DNA of 64,000 nt from the NCBI GenBank assembly GCA_963719635.1, contig CAVRCS010000005.1, positions 72,455 to 136,454 on the forward strand, in the 5' to 3' direction. This document shows positions 17,762 to 26,432 of the stretch, in pieces. Positions within the stretch are counted from its first letter, which is position 1. Each line of letters starts with the position of its first letter. This DNA is from an uncultured Thermoplasmata archaeon. GTDB taxonomy: Archaea > Thermoplasmatota > Thermoplasmata > Lutacidiplasmatales > UBA184. The notes below the pieces were generated by a model, which saw only the letters and a list, made by a program, of their open reading frames with translations, was not told the origin of the DNA and did no database searches. The position numbers and the translations under genes were made by a program.

Positions 17762-20551
17762 GTGGCCGCGACGCACGTCCGCGACGCCGGGTCGATCGCT
17801 CTCGCGGTCGCGGTGACGATCGCCCTCCTGGGCGCCGGTTCGGTGCCCGGACACGCGACGAGCGGCGGACGGCCGGTCCTCGCCGAAGCCGCGACCCCTA
17901 CGTGCGACGGGACACTGCCCCCGCAGGGCGTCGCCGGCACGTTCTCGGTCGAAGGGGGTCCTGTTCCGCCGTCAGCGGCCGGCGGGGTCGTCCTCGAGTT
18001 CTCGTACACCGTCGCCTACCACGTCTTCGACCTCGGAAACTCCTCGCCGACGCCCCTCCTGTGCGCAGCCCTCTCCACGAACGTGACGACCGCCACGGGC
18101 GGCAGCTTCGGATTTGTCCCCGCGATCCCCGCCCCGCAGTGCGTCCGGGTGTCGGGGCTCGTCGTCTGCACCGAGTACGCCACCGTGGCCGCGGGTCCCC
18201 TTACGGTGCGGATCCCGGCCGGGGTTCCACCGGGCTACGACTTGGAGACGTCGGGCAGTCCTCGCTCGCTCTCGGTCGCGCTCGTCTACCCGTGGGAGGC
18301 GGTCTCGGTCGCCCCGGGGGGCCCGGTCGTCACGATGTCCGTCGGGCTGCCGACCGCCCTCGCGGCGACTGTCCTCGCCGGGAACGGCAGCGCCACCGGC
18401 CTTCCGACCGCGTTCCTCTGGTCGGTGAACGGCACCGGCTGGGCGGTCGACGGGCCGCTGAACGCCGCGACGATCCAGGTAGAGGCTCTCGCCGGCGCCG
18501 GGACCGCGAGCGCCCGGGTCGTCGCGAGCACCACGGTGAACGCCAGCACGTTCCTGCCGCTCACGGCGATGGTCCAGCTCGTCGGCGTGGCGACCGAGAT
18601 CGAGACCGCCGCGCTGAACCGGACCGCGGTCGACGCGGGAGAGACGGTGGCAGCCGACCTCTCCGCGACGGGGGCGGCGGGAGTGTCGTACGTCGCCCAG
18701 GTCCAGCCCGGACTCGGCCTGGCGCCCGTTCCGGCGACGTGTTCCTCCGCCCCGCCCGCGGCCGGGACGGTCGCGCTGTCGTGCTCGGCGAACATCGCGT
18801 ATCCCGCCGCCGGCACCGCGCAGCCGACGGCGACGATCTCCAACGGATACTCGACCGCCTCCTGGCGCTTCCCCGACGTGACGGTGACGCCGGCCCCGCA
18901 GCTCGAGCTCGTCGGGGCGGCCCCTGTCGGCTACGTCGGCGTCCCGATCTCGGTCGCGGTGATGACCGCCAACGGCTCCGGCGCCCTCCCGTTCTCCGAG
19001 GCGTGTCTCGCCGGAGGGGCCGGACCGGCCGACTGCTTCGACTCCGGTGGCCCGAGCTGGACGTTCGAGCCGACGTACCCGCTGCCCGGCAACTTCACCG
19101 CTGTCGTGTGGGCCCACGACGCCGGGGGGACGAACGCTTCGCTCGCGTTCACTGTCCGGGTCGTCCCTTCTCTCGCCGTGGGCACGATCGCGCTCGTCAG
19201 CGGGAACGCGACCGTGGGCGCGGCCGCCCAGCTCCGCGCCGAGGTCGACGGCGGCGTCCTGCCGGCGCGGTACTGGTGGAACGCCTCCGCTGCCTCGTCC
19301 CCGGTCGGCCACGGGGAGCTCTCGGCGGACGGGACGCTCGGGGCGACGTTCGTGCCGACCGCCGCCGGGCCGGTAGTGGTGACCCTGACCGTCGTCGACA
19401 CGCTCGGCACCGTCGCGGTCCGGCAGCTCGTCGTCGTCGTCGGGCCGGCATCTGCGGTGCGGGTCGCAGCGGTCACGGTCCCCGGACCGGCCGCCGCGGT
19501 CGCCGGAACGCCCGTGGCGCTCTCGTGGGGGGCGTTCCTCTCCACCGGCTCGCTGGACCGCACCTTCTCGGCGACGGCCGAGCTGAACGTCACGACGCCC
19601 GACGGGCCCCCGACCCTGTGGGTGAACGCCTCCGGCGCCGGCTCGCTCGTGGCAGACGGCCCGGACGAGTTCGAGGTGCCAGCGTCGGCGTGGGTCGGAG
19701 GGGTACTGAACCTGACCGTCGCGGTCGCCACCGCGGCGGAGGTCACGATCGCGCTCTCCGGCGCCGGCCTCCCGTCCGTCGTCGCCCCGGTCGGTTTGGA
19801 GGTCGTCGCCGACCGCGAGCACGTCCGGCTCTTCGACCCGGTGATCGAGCGGGCGGGCGGCCGGACCAACGCGACCCTGTGGCGCGTCGAGGACCCCTAC
19901 GGCAACCCGGCGCCCGGAGCGTTGCTCTCGATCGCCCTCGCGTTCGGCGGCAGTCGCTCGACCTCGGTCGTCGCCGCGCTGGCGCTCGCGCCGAACCGCA
20001 GCGGTGTCTGGGTGAACTACTCGGCACCGACCGCGGCGGCGGGGGTCGTGACCGTCGAGGATGCCGCCGGGGCGGTCGTCCTCGGGCCCCTCCCGGTCCC
20101 CGCCGCGGCGGCGGCGCCGACGCTCCAGCCTGCGGTGACGACGACCGCGACGGTCGTCCCCGTCGGCGCCGCCGGCCTGCTCGCGGTCGTGCTCGCCCGC
20201 CGGCGTCGTCGCCGCCTGGACGGCGAGGCAGCGGACGGGGAGCTGCGCGCGCTCGCGCAGGGCCGTACCCGGACCGTCACCCTGGTCGGCGAGGCGGGCG
20301 CGATCGACCTCGCGGGGCTGGAAGCGGCGTGGCGGCCGCCCCCGGCCCCGCCGGCGCTCGTCGACTGGCTCGCCTCGCTGGTCGCCGACGGTACCCTGCG
20401 CGCGACGCTCGGGAACGACGGGCGGGCCCGGTTCTGCCTGGCGGACGGCCCGGCGTCCCACCCACGGGTGACGGTCGACCCGGCAACGCTGGAAGCGAGC
20501 CTCCGACGGAGGGAGGACGAGCTCGGTCCGCCGGACGGACCGGAGGACTAG
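17762..20551 (+). CDS. large cell-surface glycoprotein (S-layer/adhesin-like) with C-terminal TM anchor and cytoplasmic tail
   Basis: Signal-like N-terminus (IALAVAVTIALLGAGSVPGHA). A/T/V/G/S-rich beta-type repeats. About 17 N-x-S/T sequons. TM VVPVGAAGLLAVVLA followed by RRRRRR and a ~130-aa tail. Confidence 0.7.
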   Translation: MAATHVRDAGSIALAVAVTIALLGAGSVPGHATSGGRPVLAEAATPTCDGTLPPQGVAGTFSVEGGPVPPSAAGGVVLEFSYTVAYHVFDLGNSSPTPLLCAALSTNVTTATGGSFGFVPAIPAPQCVRVSGLVVCTEYATVAAGPLTVRIPAGVPPGYDLETSGSPRSLSVALVYPWEAVSVAPGGPVVTMSVGLPTALAATVLAGNGSATGLPTAFLWSVNGTGWAVDGPLNAATIQVEALAGAGTASARVVASTTVNASTFLPLTAMVQLVGVATEIETAALNRTAVDAGETVAADLSATGAAGVSYVAQVQPGLGLAPVPATCSSAPPAAGTVALSCSANIAYPAAGTAQPTATISNGYSTASWRFPDVTVTPAPQLELVGAAPVGYVGVPISVAVMTANGSGALPFSEACLAGGAGPADCFDSGGPSWTFEPTYPLPGNFTAVVWAHDAGGTNASLAFTVRVVPSLAVGTIALVSGNATVGAAAQLRAEVDGGVLPARYWWNASAASSPVGHGELSADGTLGATFVPTAAGPVVVTLTVVDTLGTVAVRQLVVVVGPASAVRVAAVTVPGPAAAVAGTPVALSWGAFLSTGSLDRTFSATAELNVTTPDGPPTLWVNASGAGSLVADGPDEFEVPASAWVGGVLNLTVAVATAAEVTIALSGAGLPSVVAPVGLEVVADREHVRLFDPVIERAGGRTNATLWRVEDPYGNPAPGALLSIALAFGGSRSTSVVAALALAPNRSGVWVNYSAPTAAAGVVTVEDAAGAVVLGPLPVPAAAAAPTLQPAVTTTATVVPVGAAGLLAVVLARRRRRRLDGEAADGELRALAQGRTRTVTLVGEAGAIDLAGLEAAWRPPPAPPALVDWLASLVADGTLRATLGNDGRARFCLADGPASHPRVTVDPATLEASLRRREDELGPPDGPED

Positions 20552-21921
20552 CGCGCGCCGGGCTCCCGCCCTACGAGGTCGTAGTAGCGGTACGCCGCCT
20601 CGCCTTCCCCGAAGCAGAACCGCAGCGTCGAGAACCCGCGCTTCAGCTCGGCGGCGGCGGCGCGGACCTCCTCGGCCGGCCGGCCCTTGTGGAGCAGGTC
20701 GTCGAACAGCTCGGCGATCCGGCCCATCTCCCGTTCCCCCATCCCGAGCCGGGTCACCTCCGGCGTCCCGAGCCGGAGCCCGCCGGGGTGCTTCGGACTC
20801 TTGTCGCCGGGGAGCAGGTTCTTGTTCGTGATGATCCCGGCGTCGGCGAGCCGGCGCGCCACCCCGGCCCCCCCGCCCTCGCGGACGACGCGGACCGCCG
20901 TCGTGTGCGAGCGGGTGAAGCCGAGCTCGGAGGCGAGGACGTCAAACCCGCGGTCGTGCAGGCCCTGCGCGAGGGCGCGGGCATTCGCCACCGTCCGGCG
21001 GGCGTACTCCCGGCCGAATTCCAGGTGCTCGGCGAGGCTCACCGCGAGGGCGGCCATCGCGTGGAGGTGGTGGTTGCTCGTCACACCGGGGAACGCGGCG
21101 GAGCGCAGCCGCTGGTGGACCGCCTCGTCGGACCCTTCCCCGAGCAGGATCCCGTGCTGCGGGCCGGGGAGCGTCTTGTGGGTCGAGGCGCTGAGAACCG
21201 TGCACCCCTCGTGGAGCGGGTCCTGGAACTCGCCGCCGCCGATTAGGCCGAGGACGTGCGCGCCGTCGTACCAGCCGAGCGCGCCGACCTCCTCCAAGGT
21301 CGCGCGCAGCTCGTCGATCGGGAGCGGGAAGAGGAACAGCGAGAGGCCGAACAGGCAGAGCTTGGGCCGCTGCTCCCGCAGGATCGCCCGCGTCTTCGGC
21401 ACGTCGATCGTCATCCGTGCCTCGTCCCAGGCGTAGTACACCGGCTTCACGCCGCGGAGGCCGAACGCCCCGAACGCGGCGCTCGAGATGTGCGCCCCAT
21501 CCGCGAGCCGGCTTGTGCCAACGTGGTCGCCCGGTTCGGCGAGCGCCTTCAGCACGGCGAGGTTCGCGACCGTCCCCGATATCGGCCGGACGTCGGCGAA
21601 CGAGCAGCGGAAGAGCCGGCGGGCGAGGTCGAGGGTGAGGTTCTCGATCTCGTCGACCTGCTCGTTCCCTTCGTAGTAGCGGTCCCCGGGGAGTCCCTCG
21701 GCGTACCGGGAGTGCAGGTCGGAGATCATCAGCTCCTTGGCATACGGCGACAACAGGTTCTCGCTCGCGATCAGGGGGATCGCCCGCTCGAACCGGGCGG
21801 AGTGCTCGCGGGTCAGCTGGCGGACCCGGCGGACCACCCCGGCCATCTCACCCCGGGCCGGCGGCATGCCCCCCACCCCTGTGTTTCCACTGGAGGAGGG
21901 AGACATGGACGCGGGCGTCAC
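20548..21921 (-). CDS. glyA: serine hydroxymethyltransferase
   Basis: LIASENLLSPYAKELMISDLHSRYAEG, SGTVANLAV, STHKTLPGPQHG (PLP-lysine motif). Start choice among several N-terminal Met is uncertain. Confidence 0.93.
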   Translation of the reverse strand: MTPASMSPSSSGNTGVGGMPPARGEMAGVVRRVRQLTREHSARFERAIPLIASENLLSPYAKELMISDLHSRYAEGLPGDRYYEGNEQVDEIENLTLDLARRLFRCSFADVRPISGTVANLAVLKALAEPGDHVGTSRLADGAHISSAAFGAFGLRGVKPVYYAWDEARMTIDVPKTRAILREQRPKLCLFGLSLFLFPLPIDELRATLEEVGALGWYDGAHVLGLIGGGEFQDPLHEGCTVLSASTHKTLPGPQHGILLGEGSDEAVHQRLRSAAFPGVTSNHHLHAMAALAVSLAEHLEFGREYARRTVANARALAQGLHDRGFDVLASELGFTRSHTTAVRVVREGGGAGVARRLADAGIITNKNLLPGDKSPKHPGGLRLGTPEVTRLGMGEREMGRIAELFDDLLHKGRPAEEVRAAAAELKRGFSTLRFCFGEGEAAYRYYDLVGREPGAR

Positions 21922-21986
21922 GGCAGCGCCGGGACGAACGGCGCAGCGATTCGCAGGGATATAGGGGACGGGGAGGTCCCGGGCCG

Positions 21987-22487
21987 ATGGAGAGCACGAC
22001 CCCGGTGGCGACGCGATGGCCGATCTCCCGACGGTTCTCCGTCACCTACCACGACATCGATGTCCTCCGGCATCTCAACCACGCCGCCTACCTGCCGATG
22101 ATGGAGACGCTGCGCTGTGCCTACTACCTCGACGTCCTCGGCACCGACGACCCCGCCCAGCTCGACATCATCGTCGCCGAGGCCTCTTGCCGGTACCTCG
22201 CCCCGGTCGCGTACGGGACGGAACTCTTCGGCGAGGTTGCACCCGTCCGTCCTCTCGGCCGGTCGAGCTTCACGCTCGCCTACCGCTTCCGTGACACCAC
22301 CCATGACCGACCCTGCGCGCTCGGCCGGACGGTGATCGTCACCTACGACTACGCCCAGAACGTGAAGAAGGAGATACCGGCCGCGCGCCGACGGCGGTTC
22401 GAGGCGGACGCGGTCGACCCGGTCAGCACGGGTTGGACGCGGGACGGGTCTAGCTCCAGTGGAAACGGGAGGGTGGGAGGGCGCTAG
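21987..22487 (+). CDS. acyl-CoA thioesterase (4HBT/YbgC-like hotdog fold)
   Basis: VTYHDIDVLRHLNHAAYLPMMETLRCAYY and AEASCRYLAPVAYGTEL match the 4HBT family pattern. Confidence 0.75.
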   Translation: MESTTPVATRWPISRRFSVTYHDIDVLRHLNHAAYLPMMETLRCAYYLDVLGTDDPAQLDIIVAEASCRYLAPVAYGTELFGEVAPVRPLGRSSFTLAYRFRDTTHDRPCALGRTVIVTYDYAQNVKKEIPAARRRRFEADAVDPVSTGWTRDGSSSSGNGRVGGR

Positions 22488-22792
22488 TACCGCCGGTCGT
22501 AGGCGGGATGGTGCGCGGGACCGCCCTCGTGGATCGGCGGAGGCCACGGCACCGGCTCGACGAACGTCGGCTCGTCCCGGACCGTCTCGACCCGGTAGAG
22601 TACGCCGCTGCCAGCCAGGGCGGCGTGCACCTTGCCGAGCGTCGACCGGAACTCCTCGACCGTCCTCCACTCGAAGATGAGGTCGTGCGGGCCGATCACG
22701 AACTCCAGGCCGGCCTCCTCGCGCACGCGGGCGGCCAGGTCGAGCGGCGAGGCGTGCGCGGGCGAGAAGTACAGGTCGACGAACGTGTGCAT
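22484..22792 (-). CDS. hypothetical protein
   Basis: 102-aa ORF with normal composition; last high-GC gene before the lower-GC island. Confidence 0.5.
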   Translation of the reverse strand: MHTFVDLYFSPAHASPLDLAARVREEAGLEFVIGPHDLIFEWRTVEEFRSTLGKVHAALAGSGVLYRVETVRDEPTFVEPVPWPPPIHEGGPAHHPAYDRRY

Positions 22793-22834
22793 GGTCCCCG
22801 CGCCTTTGAGCCGGGGTTACCTACATAAGACCGG

Positions 22835-22845
22835 GGTCGGAACGG
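22835..22845 (+). repeat. 11-bp direct repeat GGTCGGAACGG, left island boundary copy
   Basis: Exact copy at 35997..36007. Both copies are preceded by ATAA(A)GACC, and CTGTCACT (left) / AGTGACAG (right) occur in inverted orientation. Confidence 0.4.
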
Positions 22846-22917
22846 TTCTGTCACTATTCGGGACCTGCTGTATAGGGATTTTCGGCTGTAACACTACGGG
22901 ACCTACGAGGGCTGGGT

Positions 22918-23382
22918 CTACAGCCGCCTTCGGGAGAAATTGAGCCACGCCCAAAGCAGCATCCAGATGCCAGCCAGGATAGTATCAACCGTCAGCAAGC
23001 CGATGATGACCCAGGCGAGTTGGCCGTTAGCGATCTGCGCCCCGTGGAACAGTGCGATGGGGATCGCGGCGGCAAGGGTCAGGACGGCTATGACTATCGT
23101 GACGGTCTGAAAATTGAACTCGGCCAACTGGGCCCTGACCTTTTCCACATCGGTTACGCGTTCGGAGAGGCGCTGGATTTCCTTGGCCATCTCCTCGTAC
23201 TTGGAGAGCCCCGAAGATGCAGGCTGAACCTGCTCAGGGAGTAGGACTGGCGGGGTCGAAGTCGTAGGAGCCGGGGACGTGGATGGGGCGACGGGGGGTG
23301 TCGTTGGATTCGCGGCCGGCGCGGACGACTCCGAAGGGAATATCGGCTCTTGACCGGGCTGGGGACTAGAGGGTTGGGCCAT
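22918..23382 (-). CDS. membrane protein with Pro/Thr/Ser-rich N-terminus, coiled-coil segment and two TM helices
   Basis: PTTPPVAPSTSPAPTTSTPP linker, EEMAKEIQRLSERVTDVEKVRAQLAE, then TVTIVIAVLTLAAAIPIALF and AWVIIGLLTVDTILAGIWMLLWAW. Confidence 0.55.
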   Translation of the reverse strand: MAQPSSPQPGQEPIFPSESSAPAANPTTPPVAPSTSPAPTTSTPPVLLPEQVQPASSGLSKYEEMAKEIQRLSERVTDVEKVRAQLAEFNFQTVTIVIAVLTLAAAIPIALFHGAQIANGQLAWVIIGLLTVDTILAGIWMLLWAWLNFSRRRL

Positions 23383-23391
23383 ACGAACACC

Positions 23392-23709
23392 CTAATCTGG
23401 CGGCGGGGTCCCCCCCATCACTGGGTACTGCTCGACAAGGTGAGGGTAGAGAAGAGCCCATGTCGCCTTCCCGGAATCGGTGAGACCGATGAACGCCCGC
23501 CAGGTCAGCAGAATGAGGCGGAATTGATCGATGTAGAGGTACCCCTCGTTAATCGAATCCCGAAGCAACTCGGAAATGGGTGCCCCGAGAACTTGCCGGT
23601 TCGTCCGTTGGGCCAACGTCTTGATGATGAAATCGGCATCGTAGACAAGGGTCGGGTTGTTCGCCCAGAGGTCAACGAACGGACGTAGCTGGTACATGCG
23701 GATCGGCAT
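23392..23709 (-). CDS. hypothetical protein (island)
   Basis: 105-aa ORF, 9 nt upstream of the membrane-protein gene on the same strand. Protein-like composition, no recognised domain. Confidence 0.5.
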   Translation of the reverse strand: MPIRMYQLRPFVDLWANNPTLVYDADFIIKTLAQRTNRQVLGAPISELLRDSINEGYLYIDQFRLILLTWRAFIGLTDSGKATWALLYPHLVEQYPVMGGTPPPD

Positions 23710-23837
23710 CTCACCGGCACCCCGGGCAGCATGTCGCGAACACAGCAGGAACCCGGGAAGCGGACCCGACTAAAAGGGGGTCGGTTCCGTGAGAACTATA
23801 TCGGGCGTCGCCTTGGGCCCTTCAAGGGAGGTGCCCC

Positions 23838-23945
23838 GTGAACCCAGACCACAAAGACGGCGACCCGGATAAGACGAAGGAAGAATACGACAAGGACAAC
23901 CACTCGGATCAGGAAAACCAGAACAACGACGAATACGACAAGTAA
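23838..23945 (+). CDS. possible 35-aa highly charged D/E/K/N-rich peptide
   Basis: GTG start preceded by GGGAGGTG (SD-like). Product VNPDHKDGDPDKTKEEYDKDNHSDQENQNNDEYDK. Followed by a very stable hairpin. Too short for the ORF track. Confidence 0.25.
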   Translation: MNPDHKDGDPDKTKEEYDKDNHSDQENQNNDEYDK

Positions 23946-23974
23946 GCTCTCTCGCTAAGAACTAAATCACCAAC

Positions 23975-24008
23975 GGCGCGGGGTCCCTCTTCGGAGGGGT
24001 CTCGCGCC
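23975..24008 (+). terminator. 15-bp stem / UUCG tetraloop hairpin
   Basis: GGCGCGGGGUCCCUC-UUCG-GAGGGGUCUCGCGCC pairs at all 15 positions (3 G-U wobbles), 30 nt after the small ORF stop. Confidence 0.4.
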
Positions 24009-24121
24009 AAATCTACTCCGCTTCGTCGCTGGACGATTCGAGGCAAACCCAGATACCCAAGAAGAGGTTCGGCTGTCGCTTCCCGATCCCCGCCTGGCTG
24101 CGAACCCATGGTTATCAATCG

Positions 24122-24700
24122 GTGCTGTTACCGGGGCGCGTGACGATTCTCGAAGTCCTCCTCAACGACTACCTCTCTAAGGAGGATGTCCAACAGCTAG
24201 CGCGCGATCGAGGCTTACCCACCGGGAGAACAAAAGCGGACCTGATTGAGCTTCTGATAAGTCGCCATCTCGAACCCGCCGAACCCCTTGCGTTTCTGAA
24301 CGTGACGGCGCTTCGTGACCTCTGCCGCGAGTTCGGTCTCGACCGGAGCGGAGATCGGGATACTCTCATCGCACGCATACGCGGGGCAATCCGGGCAGAA
24401 ACTCCGCTTTGGGGGCTCATTCCGCCGCTACTTCCTTCGTCGCCCGCTAAGGGAGACGACGAACGCGTGAGCGAAGGTCGGCCTCTCCATTTCGAGTCTG
24501 CGGGACCGTGGACGGTCGTCGGCATTGTCGCGACGGCGATCGTTGCGGGGGTGCTTGTTCTCGGCGTTAGCCAGCTCGGGACAACCTGGGGGACCGCGAT
24601 CTCCGTGGTTGTCGCAGTCGCGCTCGCCGTTCTCTTACTCCGAACCTGGCACAGATGGCACCCCCGGGTTGCCGCCTTGATGCGTCGGCCCAATCCGTAG
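24122..24700 (+). CDS. tandem SAP/Rho_N-like domain protein with two C-terminal TM helices
   Basis: LSKEDVQQLARDRGLPTGRTKADLIELLISR and LNVTALRDLCREFGLDRSGDRDTLIARIRGA fit the SAP helix-extended-helix motif. TMs VVGIVATAIVAGVLVLGV and AISVVVAVALAVLLL. Confidence 0.6.
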   Translation: MLLPGRVTILEVLLNDYLSKEDVQQLARDRGLPTGRTKADLIELLISRHLEPAEPLAFLNVTALRDLCREFGLDRSGDRDTLIARIRGAIRAETPLWGLIPPLLPSSPAKGDDERVSEGRPLHFESAGPWTVVGIVATAIVAGVLVLGVSQLGTTWGTAISVVVAVALAVLLLRTWHRWHPRVAALMRRPNP

Positions 24701-24771
24701 CACGGCTGCGGCGCCCGACGCTGACTTCCTCGACCGAAGAGTTACCGCCTTGTCGACATCGCTTCGAACTA

Positions 24772-24797
24772 CTGACCCCGGAGTAAATGGGTTAACA
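24772..24797 (+). repeat. IS630 terminal inverted repeat (left)
   Basis: CTGACCCCGGAGTAAATGGGTTAACA versus the reverse complement of the right end, CTGACCATTCAGTAAGTGGGTTAATA. Confidence 0.7.
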
Positions 24798-24848
24798 CTC
24801 TCCGAGAGAGAATCGAGCTTCTCCGTCCGGCTGTCTTGAGTCAGTGCA

Positions 24849-25364
24849 TCAATCATAGAGGTGAGTGGCCGCAACGAAGGAGCGGATCAGCTCCGGACGC
24901 ACGCGCATCCGGACCACCGCCCTCCGGAGTTCTCGGCTCAACTCCTTCTCGTCGTGTGGAGCGTAGCTCGCCAGCTCGTGGATCTTGAGATGGCGCCAGA
25001 CCCACTCGTCCGGATTTAATTCGGGACTGTAGCCCGGGAATCGATGGACCTCGAGCCGCGGGTGCTCCCTCACGAAGGCCATGGTCTCATCGGACCAGTG
25101 GGGTCGTCCACCGTCCCAGAAGATCATGATCGGCCGCCGTCGGATATGGCGCAGCAGGTGGTGGAGGAACTCCACCACCTGCTCGGTGGCTACCGTGTCC
25201 TTGTGAACCTGAATGTACAGCTTTCCCTTTGGCGTCACGCCGCTGATCGCCGAGAACTTGGGCCACCTACCCTGATGGATCAGCACCGGGGTCTGGCCGA
25301 CGGGCGCCCAGGTCTTCGCGACGTACGGAATGAGGGAGAACCCACTCTCGTCAACGAAGACCAC
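24849..25364 (-). CDS. IS630 transposase, DDE catalytic part (orfB)
   Basis: VFVDESGF, IMIFWDGGRPHWS and GYSPELNPDEWVW are the IS630/Tc1-mariner DD(E/D) motifs. Confidence 0.9.
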   Translation of the reverse strand: MVFVDESGFSLIPYVAKTWAPVGQTPVLIHQGRWPKFSAISGVTPKGKLYIQVHKDTVATEQVVEFLHHLLRHIRRRPIMIFWDGGRPHWSDETMAFVREHPRLEVHRFPGYSPELNPDEWVWRHLKIHELASYAPHDEKELSRELRRAVVRMRVRPELIRSFVAATHLYD

Positions 25365-25864
25365 TACGGCTCGGCGGCGTCGGGCTTTTTTTTATACCGT
25401 GGCCAGGACCGACGCTTCCAACTCTCCACCCTCTGAAGGTTCTTCTCCCTGGCCTGACGGCGAGGGCGCTGCCACGAGAACCCATGGCCCTTGAGGATTA
25501 GCCACGTGGCGCTCTGGGAGTACCGCACCCCCCACTCCCGCTGAAGCGTCTCGACCACCCGAGGAATGGTCCAGAGATCCGTCGAATAGCCATATGACAA
25601 CGCCCCCCGAGAGAGGATCTCGGGGAGGGTGGCCATCGTGGCCGCCGGAACGAAGGGGGGCCTCCCCGAGCGAGGGACCGCTCGGAGGGCCTGAGGCCCT
25701 CCGTCCTCGGCGGCCCTCCGCCACTTGCACACCGCCACCGGACTCACCGCGAGCCGGCGGGCGACCTCCGCCTGGGAGAGCCCCTTCTGGAGAAGCAAGA
25801 GCGCCTGGAGGCGACGTTCCTCGAGAGTAGCCGTGTCACGATGGCGTTGAGCCCACCGTCCCAT
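25364..25864 (-). CDS. IS630 transposase, HTH DNA-binding part (orfA)
   Basis: LLLLQKGLSQAEVARRLAVSPVAVCKWRR (HTH) and LWTIPRVVETLQREWGVRYSQSATWLILK (second HTH). Ends ...RYKKKPDAAEP just after the A8 run. Confidence 0.9.
   Translation of the reverse strand: MGRWAQRHRDTATLEERRLQALLLLQKGLSQAEVARRLAVSPVAVCKWRRAAEDGGPQALRAVPRSGRPPFVPAATMATLPEILSRGALSYGYSTDLWTIPRVVETLQREWGVRYSQSATWLILKGHGFSWQRPRRQAREKNLQRVESWKRRSWPRYKKKPDAAEP
25386..25393 (-). promoter_or_regulatory. A8 slippery sequence for -1 frameshift/transcriptional slippage fusing orfA-orfB
   Basis: Minus-strand UAU AAA AAA AAG. A -1 shift reads ...YKKKKARRRRAVVVFVDESGF, giving a continuous transposase. Confidence 0.7.
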
Positions 25865-25889
25865 GACAGGGCGGTAGCACCTACGTCGA

Positions 25890-25915
25890 TATTAACCCAC
25901 TTACTGAATGGTCAG
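25890..25915 (-). repeat. IS630 terminal inverted repeat (right)
   Basis: See left TIR; 19/26 matches including the terminal CTGACC. Confidence 0.7.
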
Positions 25916-26102
25916 TAACGAGTTGAGGCCGAACCCGGACGAGGACGTTGGAGTGCAAGAAGACGGAACGAGCGAAGATGGGAGCCCTCTGGACAACTGT
26001 AACCTGAGATCCGACCGGTCGCACTTCATCGCCCAAGAGTCGCTCGCGAAGATGCCCACCAATTGGTCAATCGCATAGCCAGTATCAAGAACGCATTAGG
26101 CA

Positions 26103-26432
26103 ATGCAAATAGGGATTCTAATGTCCGATACGAGAAAGGTTTTATGTATCTCCTTGTCCAGTTCGATTAGCGTGGAGAGTAATCCATCAAAGGAAGCCAT
26201 CTTCGAGGTCTTCCTCTCCTCAGAATCCGATCTTTCCGTCGGTGAAATCGTTCAGCTCGCGAAGGTTTCGAACCCAACCGCCTCAAAGTACGTAGCTGTT
26301 CTTGCCGCGGAAGGGAAGATTGTCTTTACGAGAAAAGTCGGCCGCTCCATCTTCTATGCACCCCCTCGCGACGGGAGTAAAACTGGTCAAGGAATCGGAA
26401 CGAAGCGCAGACGAGCCCCGCAGTCGCCATGA
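26103..26432 (+). CDS. small winged-helix (ArsR/MarR-like) DNA-binding protein, first gene of helicase module
   Basis: AIFEVFLSSESDLSVGEIVQLAKVSNPTASKYVAVLAAEGKIVFTRKVGRSIFY is a wHTH pattern. Its stop overlaps the next ATG (ATGA at 26429-26432). Confidence 0.6.
   Translation: MQIGILMSDTRKVLCISLSSSISVESNPSKEAIFEVFLSSESDLSVGEIVQLAKVSNPTASKYVAVLAAEGKIVFTRKVGRSIFYAPPRDGSKTGQGIGTKRRRAPQSP

Larger units (their letters stand above)
24772..25915 (-). mobile_element. IS630-family insertion sequence (1144 bp) flanked by TA target-site duplication
   Basis: Imperfect 26-bp terminal inverted repeats (19/26 identical), TA at 24770-24771 and 25916-25917, orfA/orfB with A8 slippery run. Confidence 0.85.

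Noticed and set aside
17446-21246. Very long ORFs (1266 aa plus strand; 829 aa minus strand at 17972..20461) overlapping the surface-protein gene
   Set aside because: R/G/P/D-rich low-complexity translations are typical of off-frame reading in ~70% GC DNA. The 17762..20551 frame has a signal peptide, sequons and a TM anchor and is the real gene.
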